This document shows positions 27,249 to 36,808 of a stretch of 64,000 nucleotides of DNA, piece after piece. Each line of letters opens with the position of its first letter. Position 1 is the stretch's first letter. The translations under genes and the position numbers were made by a program. Below the pieces are notes generated by a model, which saw nothing but the letters and a program-made list of their open reading frames with translations, made no database searches and was not told the DNA's origin. This DNA is from Acidobacteriota bacterium (lineage in GTDB: Bacteria > Acidobacteriota > Terriglobia > 2-12-FULL-54-10), in contig SHUM01000004.1 of assembly GCA_009691245.1 (NCBI GenBank), positions 9,032 through 73,031 on the forward strand, written 5' to 3'.

Positions 27249-28895
27249 ATGAAATCAATCACACGCTGGTTTATGCTTTTCGTTTTGTGCGCGATTCCGG
27301 CATCACTGCTGCCCGTGCCGCTGGCGGCCGATACACTCGAGACCGTCTATTTCCGCGGCAACATGAGCCCGGCCAATGAAGTGCCGCCGGTTGCCAATGA
27401 ATCGGCCGCAGCAACCGGCCGGGCTACCATCGCTTTTCATCTCCGTCGCAACGACGCCGGAGCAATTATTTCCGGCGTGGTGGATTTCGACGTGGATTAC
27501 AGCTTTCCCGTGCCCGTTACGGTGCGCGGCTGGCACATCCACGAGGGCGCGGCGGGCGTCAACGGCCCGGCGCGCCTCAACACCCCATTGTCCGCCGCCA
27601 ACAGCGTGGTGGATGCCGACGGAGTCGGAACATTGAGCTACAAAGTGGAAGCCAATAACCAAAATAATCTGGATGCCCTGCGTGTTGTTCTGGCTGATCC
27701 CGCCGGGGCCTACATGAATGTGCACACCTCTGATAACACCGGCGGAGCCACTCGCGGTCAGTTGCAATCGACGACGGTCTCCGACTTTCAATTCACCATG
27801 AGCCCAGCCAATGAAGTCCCGCCCATCGCCGACTTGAACGCCTCGGCCCTCGCCAAGGCCAGCTTGTTCACCACGCGCAATGCGGCTGGTGAGGTAACTT
27901 CCGGCACAGTGATCTTCGATGCCAATTACACCTTCCCCAGCAGCGTAACGTTTCGTGGCTTTCACATTCACGATGGAGCGGCGGGCATCAACGGCCCTGT
28001 GCGCATTGACAGCGGCTTGAGCGCCACCAACACCGTAACCGATGCCGATGGAGTAGGCAATCTGCTGTTCCGTATCAACGTGGGTGGTGATAATGCTCTT
28101 GGCCTGGCCACTTTGCGCAGCGCCGTCGACGCACCGGCCAATCACTACCTCAATTTACATACCACCGTGAACACCGGCGGCGCGATCCGCTCTCAGCTAG
28201 GTGGCAAGGTTCCGGCTCCGACACTCTCGTCCAGTGGAGTTGTTAGCGCCACCTTCGCTAGCGGCGTCAATGTAGGCTCGGCGGGATCACTGATCTCCAT
28301 CTTCGGGTCAAACCTCTCTCGCAACGTGGCCACGGCCGGTACTGTCAATGGACGGCTTCCCGCCACACTGGCGGGAACCAGTGTGAGTATTGGCGGCGTA
28401 TCCGTTGGAATGATCTACGCCAGCCCCTCTCAGTTGAATGTTCAGGTGCCGTTTGAGGTGCCCGCAGGAAACTTCTTCGTAACTGTCAATGCTCCCGGAG
28501 GGTCCTCCACCACGCAGATGGTGACCTTCTCCGCTTATGCTCCGGGTATCTTCGCCGTGGTGAAGAACTCCGACTTTTCCCTGGTATCCGCGGCCAACCC
28601 AGTACGGGCAGGCGATGCGGTAGCGGTATTCGCAACTGGACTGGGTGCGGGAACTCCTGCGGTAGCCAGCGGACAGTTGGCGCCAGCCAGCCCTCTCTCT
28701 TCCACGGTGGCCACGCCAACCGCGACTATCGGCGGTGTCGCCGCGCAGGTGGCGGCCTCATTGCTGGCTCCTGGATTCGCGGGCGTTTATCAAGTAAATG
28801 TCGTTGTCCCGGGAGGGGCGCCGACCGGCAGTCAGGCGCTACGCCTAACCATCGGCGGCGTGCAATCCAACACAGTGAACATCAACGTCCAGTAG
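27249..28895 (+). CDS. Secreted protein with two CHRD domains plus a Solibacter-type C-terminal domain
   Basis: Signal peptide. Two repeats of SPANEVPP...GxHIHxGAAGxNGP (CHRD signature). C-terminal PGIFAVV...ATGLGAGTP...GFAGVYQVNVVVP. Confidence 0.7.
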   Translation: MKSITRWFMLFVLCAIPASLLPVPLAADTLETVYFRGNMSPANEVPPVANESAAATGRATIAFHLRRNDAGAIISGVVDFDVDYSFPVPVTVRGWHIHEGAAGVNGPARLNTPLSAANSVVDADGVGTLSYKVEANNQNNLDALRVVLADPAGAYMNVHTSDNTGGATRGQLQSTTVSDFQFTMSPANEVPPIADLNASALAKASLFTTRNAAGEVTSGTVIFDANYTFPSSVTFRGFHIHDGAAGINGPVRIDSGLSATNTVTDADGVGNLLFRINVGGDNALGLATLRSAVDAPANHYLNLHTTVNTGGAIRSQLGGKVPAPTLSSSGVVSATFASGVNVGSAGSLISIFGSNLSRNVATAGTVNGRLPATLAGTSVSIGGVSVGMIYASPSQLNVQVPFEVPAGNFFVTVNAPGGSSTTQMVTFSAYAPGIFAVVKNSDFSLVSAANPVRAGDAVAVFATGLGAGTPAVASGQLAPASPLSSTVATPTATIGGVAAQVAASLLAPGFAGVYQVNVVVPGGAPTGSQALRLTIGGVQSNTVNINVQ

Positions 28896-28919
28896 TTTCC
28901 ATTTACCTCAATCCCGTTT

Positions 28920-28950
28920 GCCCGGCTGATGAACTCCTATTCAGCCGGGC
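28920..28950 (+). terminator. Hairpin GCCCGGCTGA-11nt-TCAGCCGGGC after the 28895 stop (terminator-like, no strong T-run)
   Basis: Seen directly. Confidence 0.4.
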
Positions 28951-29021
28951 CGACGAGGCAAAAATGGCACTGCCCCTCGTCTTGATCAAGGTTTACAGTT
29001 CCCCCACTTGCACTGGGGTCA

Positions 29022-29098
29022 TGTTAACAATTATTTACCGCCCTGACATAGAAATTAAGGTCTGGAACGGGTTAACATTCAAAGAGCGATAGTTAACA
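29022..29098. promoter_or_regulatory. Three GTTAAC palindromic hexamers (29023, 29071, 29092; the first is TGTTAACA) within 105 bp upstream of the 29126 gene (candidate operator array)
   Basis: Seen directly; AT-rich local context. Confidence 0.35.
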
Positions 29099-29125
29099 CT
29101 AGACACGTGAGGATGGGATATTGCC

Positions 29126-30478
29126 ATGGGCTACAATCAAACGAATCATAACTCTGCCATCAATCGCAACAGCACCTCGTCAATTTGGAAAGTCGCGCTG
29201 CTGGCCTTGTCACTTCCGATCTTGGTGTACGCGTTTTCCCCCGCTCCCCCATCCGAACGTACGGGAGGATTTGGTGAATCCACATGCATCGGGTGCCATT
29301 TGGGGACTGCATTGAACGGAGGTGCCGGACGAGTAACCATTACGGGCGCTCCGACCGCCTACGTTAGCGGCACGGTCTATCCCATCACGGTGCGCGTGGA
29401 GGATCCCGGCGCCGACCGGAGGCGATGGGGATTTGAAATGAGTGCCCGCACTCAGGCTGGCGCGCAAGCCGGGACGCTCTCTCCGACCAACAACCAAACT
29501 GCTTTGGTGCCTAGCTTCAATGGAGTCCAGTACATTGCCCACACCGGCCCCGGCACTCGCGCGGGCACGGCAGCCGGAGTAAACTTTACTTTCAATTGGA
29601 CTGCTCCCAACACCTCGGCAGGCTCTGTAGTCTTCCATGCCACAGGTAACGCCGCAAACAACAGCGGGAGTGAAAATGGCGACCGCATCTACTCGACCTC
29701 AGCGACTGTGCCTGCGCAGGTCGCCGGTCCCGTGCCTACGGTTGCCGACGGAGCGACGGTCAACAACGGCAGCTTTGCGCAGCACCCTGCGCCGCTGGGG
29801 CCGGGGTCGATCGCGGCCATCTTCGGTGCTAACTTGAATGATGGGACCGCGCTTTGCTCGTCTAGTTTTGGCGGCGATGGCAAGCTGATCACCTCGTTGT
29901 GTGGAGCCAGCGTTACGGTGAACAACATCGCCGCGCCCATCTTCTACGCCACGCCTGGGCAATTGGGCATCCAGATACCTTTCGAGCTGGCGGGTTCGGC
30001 CACAGCAAACGTCACGGTAACGGTCGCGGGCCAGTCCAGCACGCCGCGCACAGTCTTCATTGATACCGCGGCACCAGGTATTTTTTCGCTGAGTCAAACC
30101 GGCAGCGGACCGGGAGCGATTCTGATCGCCAACAGCAATATTCTCGCCGTGGCCACGGGAAGCGTCCCGGGTCGGACCACGAGACCCGCGCGACGCGGTG
30201 AAATCGTAACCATCTTCTTGACCGGACTGGGAGTGACTTCTCCGGCTCTGGCCACCGGTTCGCCTTCCACTGGAAATCCTACCGCGACGCCCGCCACGGT
30301 TACCATTGATGCACTGCCGGCGACGGTGCTTTTTTCCGGAACCGCGCCCGGCTTCGTTGGACTGAACCAGATCAATGTAACCGTGCCCACCGCCGCGCGC
30401 ATCGCCAATGATGTACCGGTAGTGGTTACGCTTGGAACGAAAATCAGCAACACGGTAACCATGGCGGTGAGCCAGTAA
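29126..30478 (+). CDS. Secreted protein: N-terminal CxxCH (putative heme c) beta-sandwich module plus a Solibacter-type C-terminal domain
   Basis: Signal/TM, then GFGESTCIGCHLG; C-terminal PGIFSL...LTGLGVTSP...GFVGLNQINVTVP paralogous to the 27249 and 18764 C-termini. Confidence 0.6.
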   Translation: MGYNQTNHNSAINRNSTSSIWKVALLALSLPILVYAFSPAPPSERTGGFGESTCIGCHLGTALNGGAGRVTITGAPTAYVSGTVYPITVRVEDPGADRRRWGFEMSARTQAGAQAGTLSPTNNQTALVPSFNGVQYIAHTGPGTRAGTAAGVNFTFNWTAPNTSAGSVVFHATGNAANNSGSENGDRIYSTSATVPAQVAGPVPTVADGATVNNGSFAQHPAPLGPGSIAAIFGANLNDGTALCSSSFGGDGKLITSLCGASVTVNNIAAPIFYATPGQLGIQIPFELAGSATANVTVTVAGQSSTPRTVFIDTAAPGIFSLSQTGSGPGAILIANSNILAVATGSVPGRTTRPARRGEIVTIFLTGLGVTSPALATGSPSTGNPTATPATVTIDALPATVLFSGTAPGFVGLNQINVTVPTAARIANDVPVVVTLGTKISNTVTMAVSQ

Positions 30479-30537
30479 GCTACAGAGACCGGAAGGAAGC
30501 GGAGGTTGATCTCCATAACGAGACCAACCCCCGCTCC

Positions 30538-30560
30538 CTGACGGTCGCGGCTCTGTAAGC
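30538..30560 (+). repeat. REP-like repeat, short copy (CTGACGGTCGCGGCTCTGTAAGC)
   Basis: Seen directly. Confidence 0.5.
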
Positions 30561-30615
30561 AACTGCGCGGGCGGGATTTTCCCACGCCTTCCTGTTTTTA
30601 TTTCAACAGTTCTTT

Positions 30616-31923
30616 ATGGAGGATGCTGCGATGTTGCAACGAAGCGGTACACAGCTAATTGCATGGATGTCGATCACGTTAATCTTGTTGAGTGCCGCAG
30701 AGTCGCATGCGCTGCCCGCGTTCATGCGCCGCTTCAGTGAAGACCCCTTTTCGAAGACCGAGTGGCGCGGCCAGTGCGCGACCTGCCATGTGAACCCGCA
30801 GGGCGCGGGACCCCGCAATAACTTTGGGCAGGCCTTTGACAAGAACAATCGCACCATCACGCCGGAGTTTCGCGCCGCGTGGCTAGACCGCTTTGTCCTA
30901 ACGATAGATGTCGCACCCGCTGGTGCAGTAAAAGCCAGCTTCGTGAATGGCGGTCGCGAAGCGGTCATCGAAGTGGGCGGCGAATCCTTCCGCGTCAACG
31001 CGGCAGAAGGCAAGCTGGAGAAGCTCACCCTGGAGCAGGTCGCACAACTGAAGGGAAGCGCCACCGGGTTGGCTCCGGCCACGGCATCCGCCGCCGCGCC
31101 GACCGAGCAGCCGCTACGAAATGTCCCGACATTCGATCATGTGCTGGTCAACGTGCCCACCACTCTTGGCTACGAGAAAGGCGGCTTCAGCCTGCGCTTC
31201 ACCCACCGCTTTACGCAGCCCGTGCTGCGCGTGGGCGACGAATGCCCGGACTGTGGAGCAGTCAACGAACTATTCGGATTGGACAGTTTTTCTTACTCGT
31301 CTTTTGGCGGTGAGTTCGGATTAACTTCACGGCTCGCCGCGAGCGTCTACCGCAGCCCGCTCGATCGTACGTATGAGATCGGCGGCGTGCTGCAACTGCT
31401 GAACGGGAAGGGCCGCGAACCGGTTGCCGCGCAATTGCGTGTTTCCATGGAGTCGCGCCGGTTGTTCGATGCCGATAAGATTTCAGCCTCTACTCCGAAT
31501 GAGGAGCCTTTCTCGCGCTTCCAAACGTGGAATCTCGTCTTCCCGGTATCGCGTACGATCGCTAATGTAGCCGAAGTGTTTGTAGTGCCCACGATGAGTT
31601 TCCGTGTGAATCCCTACGAAAATGTTGGCGCCATCACCTTCCCAGAGGGAGAGCGGTGCGCGCATCAGGCTGCGCTTGGGCTGGGTGCCAGCATCCGCAT
31701 TCGCCCGCGCACGGCTTTCGTCGCCGAATGGACTCCGCGCGTAGCGGGCTACCACGCCACGGACTCGCGCAACGGCTTTGCCTTTGGCCTCCAGCGCAGC
31801 ACGAACGCGCACGTATTCAGCCTGGTGCTATCGAACACGGTAGCCACCACTACGGGACAGATGGCGGCTACAGGCACGCCTGATCTGCGCCTGGGCTTCA
31901 ACCTGTATCGCCGACTGCGCTAG
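30616..31923 (+). CDS. Secreted hypothetical protein with an N-terminal CxxCH motif (WRGQCATCH) and a beta-rich C-terminal region (possible outer-membrane barrel)
   Basis: Signal peptide; single heme-c motif; alternating hydrophobic pattern across about 300 aa. Confidence 0.5.
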   Translation: MEDAAMLQRSGTQLIAWMSITLILLSAAESHALPAFMRRFSEDPFSKTEWRGQCATCHVNPQGAGPRNNFGQAFDKNNRTITPEFRAAWLDRFVLTIDVAPAGAVKASFVNGGREAVIEVGGESFRVNAAEGKLEKLTLEQVAQLKGSATGLAPATASAAAPTEQPLRNVPTFDHVLVNVPTTLGYEKGGFSLRFTHRFTQPVLRVGDECPDCGAVNELFGLDSFSYSSFGGEFGLTSRLAASVYRSPLDRTYEIGGVLQLLNGKGREPVAAQLRVSMESRRLFDADKISASTPNEEPFSRFQTWNLVFPVSRTIANVAEVFVVPTMSFRVNPYENVGAITFPEGERCAHQAALGLGASIRIRPRTAFVAEWTPRVAGYHATDSRNGFAFGLQRSTNAHVFSLVLSNTVATTTGQMAATGTPDLRLGFNLYRRLR

Positions 31924-31993
31924 GTTCCAACCGAGCCGCGACCGGAATAAATCTTGCTTCGTTCCGCAAGTAAAAGTATGCTGCCATCTCAGA

Positions 31994-32638
31994 GTGACAC
32001 GGGCGGCGAGGCAGGCAGCGATGGAATGTCCGCAATGTGGAACGGAAAATCCCGAGAAAAGCTGGCAGTGTGCCTGCGGACATTATTTCGCACCGAGGGA
32101 AATGATTCCTGCGGTGCCCATCACCCCGGAATCGGCGCCGGACGGCACTCTCAACGCAGGAGCAGAACACTTTGCCAGCGTTGCGCCATCTGCTTCCATC
32201 GAGCCGATTAACGCCAGGCTATCTTTCCGCGGAGATGGCTCAACTCTGTTCGCGATTCATCTGGCCAACATAATTTTCACCATCTGCACTCTTGGGATCT
32301 ATTATTTTTGGGGCAAGGCCAAAGTCCGCCGCTATGTGTACGGGCAGACCGAGCTGGCCGGCGACCGCTTTGATTATCACGGCACCGGCAAGGAGTTAAT
32401 GCTTGGATCGTTCAAAGCCATGTTGCTGTTCGGCGGCACCGGGCTGCTCTACCAGTTGATGCTGGGAGCCTCTTCGAATCCTGGCATTCGTATCCTCTCG
32501 ATGCTCTTGTTTTACGCGATGCTGGCGCTGATAATTCCCATCGCCATCGTCGGGACGAAGCGCTTCCGGCTGAGTCGGACCTCGTGGCGCTCCATCAGTT
32601 TTTCCTTTCGCGGACACGCCCGTGAACTGATCGCATAG
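31994..32638 (+). CDS. DUF898 (YjgN-family) membrane protein, N-terminal half with zinc ribbon; ends at an in-frame TAG
   Basis: CPQCGTEN...CACGHYF zinc ribbon; TLGIYYFWGKAKVRRY repeat motif characteristic of DUF898. Confidence 0.65.
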   Translation: MTRAARQAAMECPQCGTENPEKSWQCACGHYFAPREMIPAVPITPESAPDGTLNAGAEHFASVAPSASIEPINARLSFRGDGSTLFAIHLANIIFTICTLGIYYFWGKAKVRRYVYGQTELAGDRFDYHGTGKELMLGSFKAMLLFGGTGLLYQLMLGASSNPGIRILSMLLFYAMLALIIPIAIVGTKRFRLSRTSWRSISFSFRGHARELIA

Positions 32639-32650
32639 TATGTCCGCGAC

Positions 32651-33154
32651 ATGCTTTTCATGATGGTCACGCTCTCGCTGTACTATCCTTTCTTTCAAAA
32701 CAATTTGCGTAAATTCGTGGTCTTCAACTCCTATTTCGGCAGCCAGCCGTTTGATTATGACGGGGAGGGCTGGGATCTCTTCCGCTATTTCGCGCTCATG
32801 GTGCTGCTGATCATTCCCACCCTCGGCCTCTACTGGTTCTGGTACACGGCGCAGAAGCATCGCTACTACTGGGAGCACACCAGCTTTGGACAGGCGAAGT
32901 TCCGGTCCACGATGAGTGGTGGCGAACTGGCCGGCATTAAAATCAGCAATTTCTTCCTGATCATATTCACGATGGGCCTGGCCTATCCCTGGGCCGTCGC
33001 GCGCTCGGTGCGTTATCAACTGGAGTGTCTGACTATGTATGGCCCAGTGGCTTTGGACAGCATTTTCCAGCACGCCAGCGCGGCAACGGCCACTGGCGAA
33101 GGGCTGGTGGACATGCTGGACGCCGGCATATTGGATATTGATTTCGGCTTCTGA
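32651..33154 (+). CDS. DUF898 (YjgN-family) membrane protein, C-terminal half; same frame as 31994-32638
   Basis: TLSLYYPFF, TLGLYWFWYTAQKHRYY and GLAYPWAVARSVRY repeats. 32651 and 31994 are in the same frame, separated only by TAG plus 4 codons. Confidence 0.65.
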   Translation: MLFMMVTLSLYYPFFQNNLRKFVVFNSYFGSQPFDYDGEGWDLFRYFALMVLLIIPTLGLYWFWYTAQKHRYYWEHTSFGQAKFRSTMSGGELAGIKISNFFLIIFTMGLAYPWAVARSVRYQLECLTMYGPVALDSIFQHASAATATGEGLVDMLDAGILDIDFGF

Positions 33155-33215
33155 TTGAGTTCCCTGTTCATTTTTAATCCATGTTCCTTTATCGTCGCGG
33201 CATAATTGACTCGAC

Positions 33216-34373
33216 ATGGTTGTCTCAGCCAACACTTCCTGGAAGGGTTATTACTATGACGGACGCACCGCGCGCCGACATTCAGTAACCGTGTCGCTCA
33301 CCTCGGCCGGTGTGTACATCAAGCGCGAGGAAGGTCAGACGCTGTGGTGGCTGCACGATCAAGTGCGTCTCGCCCAAGGGCACCATCCCGGCGAGCCGGT
33401 GCGCCTTGAAACCATGGCGGAGATATCCGAAGCGCTGGTGGTGGAGGATCGCGGATTCCTTGATGCGTTTCTGTTTGTTTCCCCTCCGGCGCGAAACTTG
33501 GCCTCTGGAACCGCCGAGAGATTGAATCGCAGTTTGCCGCTGTTGCTTGCAGGGCTGCTGGGCGCGGCCTTCTTAATCTACGCGACCTGGGTGTGGGGAC
33601 TTCCCGCCTTTGCCGACGCCGCCGCCCGTCGTGTTCCAGCAAGCTGGGAAGACAAGCTGGGACAATCGGTAATGGAACAGTTCGCGCCGCCCGATGAGAG
33701 ATGCAATGATCCTGACGCGCTGGCGAAGATACAGGAGATCATCCGCGTCATGCGCGGGCCCAATGCCCGCGGATATGAGGTGACTCTCGCCGTTGCCGAT
33801 ACTCCCATCCCCAACGCCTTCGCCGCTCCCGGCGGATATGTGGTAGTGTTTCGCGGTTTGCTGGAGCAGACCGAGAATGCCGAGGACCTGGCCGGCATGC
33901 TGGCGCATGAGATTCAGCACGTCGAACAGCGCCATGCCATGAAGGGCCTGGTCCGCCAGCTTTCCGTCGCCACTCTAGTGGCCGTGCTGGCGGGAGATGC
34001 TTCGGCCATACAATCCCTGCTGGACGCCGCAGCCACCCTGGGAAGTCTGCGCTATCAGCGTGATGATGAAGCGAACGCCGATACCGAAGCGGTGCGCATG
34101 CTCCAGGCAGCCCGCATCGACGCCACTGGCCTGCCACGCATGTTGGAACGCATGAGCAGCGACGAAGGCAAAGAGCCTGGCGGACTCCAATATCTTTCGT
34201 CGCATCCGCTGACTGCCGACCGCGTGCGCCGGTTAACCGCACTGGCAGTCCAGCACGCGACGGATGCCGTCCCACTATTGAAAGAAACAGACTGGAAGAG
34301 TGTGGCCTTCATGTGTGGGCCGCCGGACGATGAAGCGACGGATAAAAACTCCGCGGCCGCGAACGAACGATGA
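33216..34373 (+). CDS. M48-family zinc metallopeptidase with an N-terminal extension
   Basis: HEIQHVEQRH (HExxH) plus a downstream E; TM segment AAFLIYATWVWGL. Confidence 0.8.
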   Translation: MVVSANTSWKGYYYDGRTARRHSVTVSLTSAGVYIKREEGQTLWWLHDQVRLAQGHHPGEPVRLETMAEISEALVVEDRGFLDAFLFVSPPARNLASGTAERLNRSLPLLLAGLLGAAFLIYATWVWGLPAFADAAARRVPASWEDKLGQSVMEQFAPPDERCNDPDALAKIQEIIRVMRGPNARGYEVTLAVADTPIPNAFAAPGGYVVVFRGLLEQTENAEDLAGMLAHEIQHVEQRHAMKGLVRQLSVATLVAVLAGDASAIQSLLDAAATLGSLRYQRDDEANADTEAVRMLQAARIDATGLPRMLERMSSDEGKEPGGLQYLSSHPLTADRVRRLTALAVQHATDAVPLLKETDWKSVAFMCGPPDDEATDKNSAAANER

Positions 34374-34537
34374 AAGTGGATTGGCCGACTTCATATTGTT
34401 GCGAGTATCATTAATTCTTATTGGGAATTCTTATTAGGAGTTTTTTTCGGAAGTCCTATTGAACGCTTTCTGGTTCTTGCCACAGGCGCGTTTGGAATTT
34501 ATTATTGATAGATTGAACCACGGGGAGAATCAGTAAA

Positions 34538-35305
34538 ATGAGGAACAGGAAGAAGCGAACTCATGCATTGTACATGGTGCTGAGTGGCCTGCTGGTATTG
34601 TCAACGACGGCGGCACGGTTGCGCGCGCAGACCGCACGCGAGATTGACACGATACAGACTTCGGCCGGCGCGCTAAAGATTACCCCCGTAACGCACGGTA
34701 GCGTGATGCTGGAATTTGGCGGTAAGGTGATTCACGTGGACCCTTGGAACCAAGGTGACTATACGGGCCTTCCGCAGGCCGATGTGATTCTCATCACTGA
34801 TGTTCACGCAGACCATCAGGATCGCGCGCAAATTGACAAGCTGAAGAAGGCCGGGACCGTGGTCATCGCGCCCAAGGCGGTGGCGGCCACTATCACCGAA
34901 GCGCAGGTTATAGCGAACGGCGAGAAGAAGACGATTGCCGGGTTGGCGATGGAAGCGGTGCCGATGTACAACCTCCAGCGCGGCCCCGCGGCGGGTCAGT
35001 TCTTCCATGACAAAGGGCGCGGGAATGGTTATATTCTCACGCTTGGCGGCAAGCGAATTTATTTCGCCGGCGACACAGAATGCACGGCGGAGATGAAAGC
35101 GCTAAAGAACATTGATATCGCATTCATTCCCATGAATCTGCCCTACACGATGCCGCCGGTGGAAGCCGCCGATTGCGCGAAGGCTTTCAAACCCAAAATA
35201 GCGTATCCGTATCACTTCCGCGGCAGCGACCCACAAGAGTTTGCCAACGCTCTGAAGGGCACGAATGGCGTCGAAGTGCGGTTGCGCAAGTGGTATAAAG
35301 AATAA
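34538..35305 (+). CDS. Secreted MBL-fold metallo-hydrolase
   Basis: LITDVHADHQD (HxHxDH), YFAGDTE; signal peptide. Confidence 0.8.
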   Translation: MRNRKKRTHALYMVLSGLLVLSTTAARLRAQTAREIDTIQTSAGALKITPVTHGSVMLEFGGKVIHVDPWNQGDYTGLPQADVILITDVHADHQDRAQIDKLKKAGTVVIAPKAVAATITEAQVIANGEKKTIAGLAMEAVPMYNLQRGPAAGQFFHDKGRGNGYILTLGGKRIYFAGDTECTAEMKALKNIDIAFIPMNLPYTMPPVEAADCAKAFKPKIAYPYHFRGSDPQEFANALKGTNGVEVRLRKWYKE

Positions 35306-35327
35306 CGAGACGAAGAGGGTCAGAGTG

Positions 35328-35867
35328 GCAAATCAATTCATTTCACGAATGCTCCGCGCGGCAAAGTTAGATGTTTCTCTTTTTGAAGAAGTGGAAGCAG
35401 ACCGCGGCGCTACGGCGCAGGCATTGCTAGTGGTTGTGCTGTCGAGTCTAGCTGCCGGCATCGGAGCAATGGGAAGAATTGAAAATTTTGGCCCATTCGG
35501 AGTCATCATCGCGACCATCGCCGCGCTGGTTGGCTGGGTGGTCTGGGCAATGCTGACGTACTTCATAGGAACTAAAATCATTCCGAGTCCCAGCACCAAG
35601 GCCGATCTGGGCGAATTGTTGCGCACCACTGGATTCTCAAGCGCTCCCGGCGTTATTCGCATCCTTGGATTTATTCCATTTCTCGGATGGCTGGCACTTT
35701 TGATTTCCGCCGTGTGGATGCTGATCGCCATGGTCATCGCGGTGCGTCAGGCACTGGACTACACGAGTACCGGTCGAGCCGTAGGGGTCTGCCTGCTTGG
35801 TTGGATTTTTTCTTTGCTTCTAAGTTGGATTGTAAGTGGCGCGCCGCTGAGCGGTCCAATACACTAG
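35328..35867 (+). CDS. Yip1-family membrane protein
   Basis: Five TM helices; GTG start with GAGGG RBS preferred over the overlapping ATG ORF at 35265. Confidence 0.5.
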   Translation, partial: ANQFISRMLRAAKLDVSLFEEVEADRGATAQALLVVVLSSLAAGIGAMGRIENFGPFGVIIATIAALVGWVVWAMLTYFIGTKIIPSPSTKADLGELLRTTGFSSAPGVIRILGFIPFLGWLALLISAVWMLIAMVIAVRQALDYTSTGRAVGVCLLGWIFSLLLSWIVSGAPLSGPIH

Positions 35868-36076
35868 GTGTTCTATTTCCGGTTCCCCCCATAAATACCG
35901 CTCCGCAGCCGCAGTGCTTGCGAGGTCGCCCTTGCTATGCTACTGTTGATTCATTCAGATAACTGGATTGGATGGCAGGAGAACTATTGAGTTCACTAGG
36001 ACTTACAGCCGCTCACCCGGCTCCTCACCAAACCATTGACTTAAGCGAATTGGGTGAGCCGGACTTGGTTGCCCAG

Positions 36077-36799
36077 ATGGAGCTTTCGCGCCTGCCCCGT
36101 CACATTGCGGTCATCATGGATGGCAATGGACGCTGGGCCCGGCGGCGGCGTCTGCCTCGCATAGCAGGCCACCGCGCCGGCGCGTCGGCAGTACACGAGA
36201 TCGTGGAAACCGGTTCTCGTCTCCATCTGAAAGCACTGACGCTGTTTGCTTTCTCGACGGAAAACTGGAAGCGACCGCAAACCGAGATCAGCACGTTGAT
36301 GTCACTGTTGCGCGAATATCTACGCAAGGAGTTGGCTGAAATCCATCGAAATAATATTCGCCTACAGATTCTAGGCCGCTATGAGCAGTTGCCCGTTGAA
36401 GTCCGCGGGGATCTCGACGACGCCATGCGCATCACCGGCGGAAACACCGGAATGGTGCTCAACGTAGCGCTCAACTACAGCGCGCGGTCCGAGATGGTCG
36501 ATACCATTCAGTCGATCATTGCTCGCGTTCAGCGCGGTGAGCTGCGAACGGAGGATGTTACCGAGCGCACCGTCTCCGAGAATCTTTCGACCGGCGGACT
36601 ACCCGATCCCGACCTTCTCATCCGTACCAGCGGCGAAATGCGAGTCAGCAATTTCCTGCTCTGGCAGATCGCTTACGCCGAAATCTATGTAACGGAAACC
36701 TGCTGGCCCGACTTCACCCGCCGTCATCTCCTTGAGGCCATTATCGACTTCCAGAAACGCGAGCGCCGGTACGGTGGCTTGGGCGAGCACGGAGCATAA
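36077..36799 (+). CDS. uppS: Isoprenyl transferase (undecaprenyl-diphosphate synthase)
   Basis: HIAVIMDGNGRWA, FSTENWKRP, and a C-terminal RxG motif. Start taken at MELSRLPRH (the ORF track extends to 35972). Confidence 0.9.
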   Translation: MELSRLPRHIAVIMDGNGRWARRRRLPRIAGHRAGASAVHEIVETGSRLHLKALTLFAFSTENWKRPQTEISTLMSLLREYLRKELAEIHRNNIRLQILGRYEQLPVEVRGDLDDAMRITGGNTGMVLNVALNYSARSEMVDTIQSIIARVQRGELRTEDVTERTVSENLSTGGLPDPDLLIRTSGEMRVSNFLLWQIAYAEIYVTETCWPDFTRRHLLEAIIDFQKRERRYGGLGEHGA

Positions 36800-36808
36800 A
36801 GCACCGTC

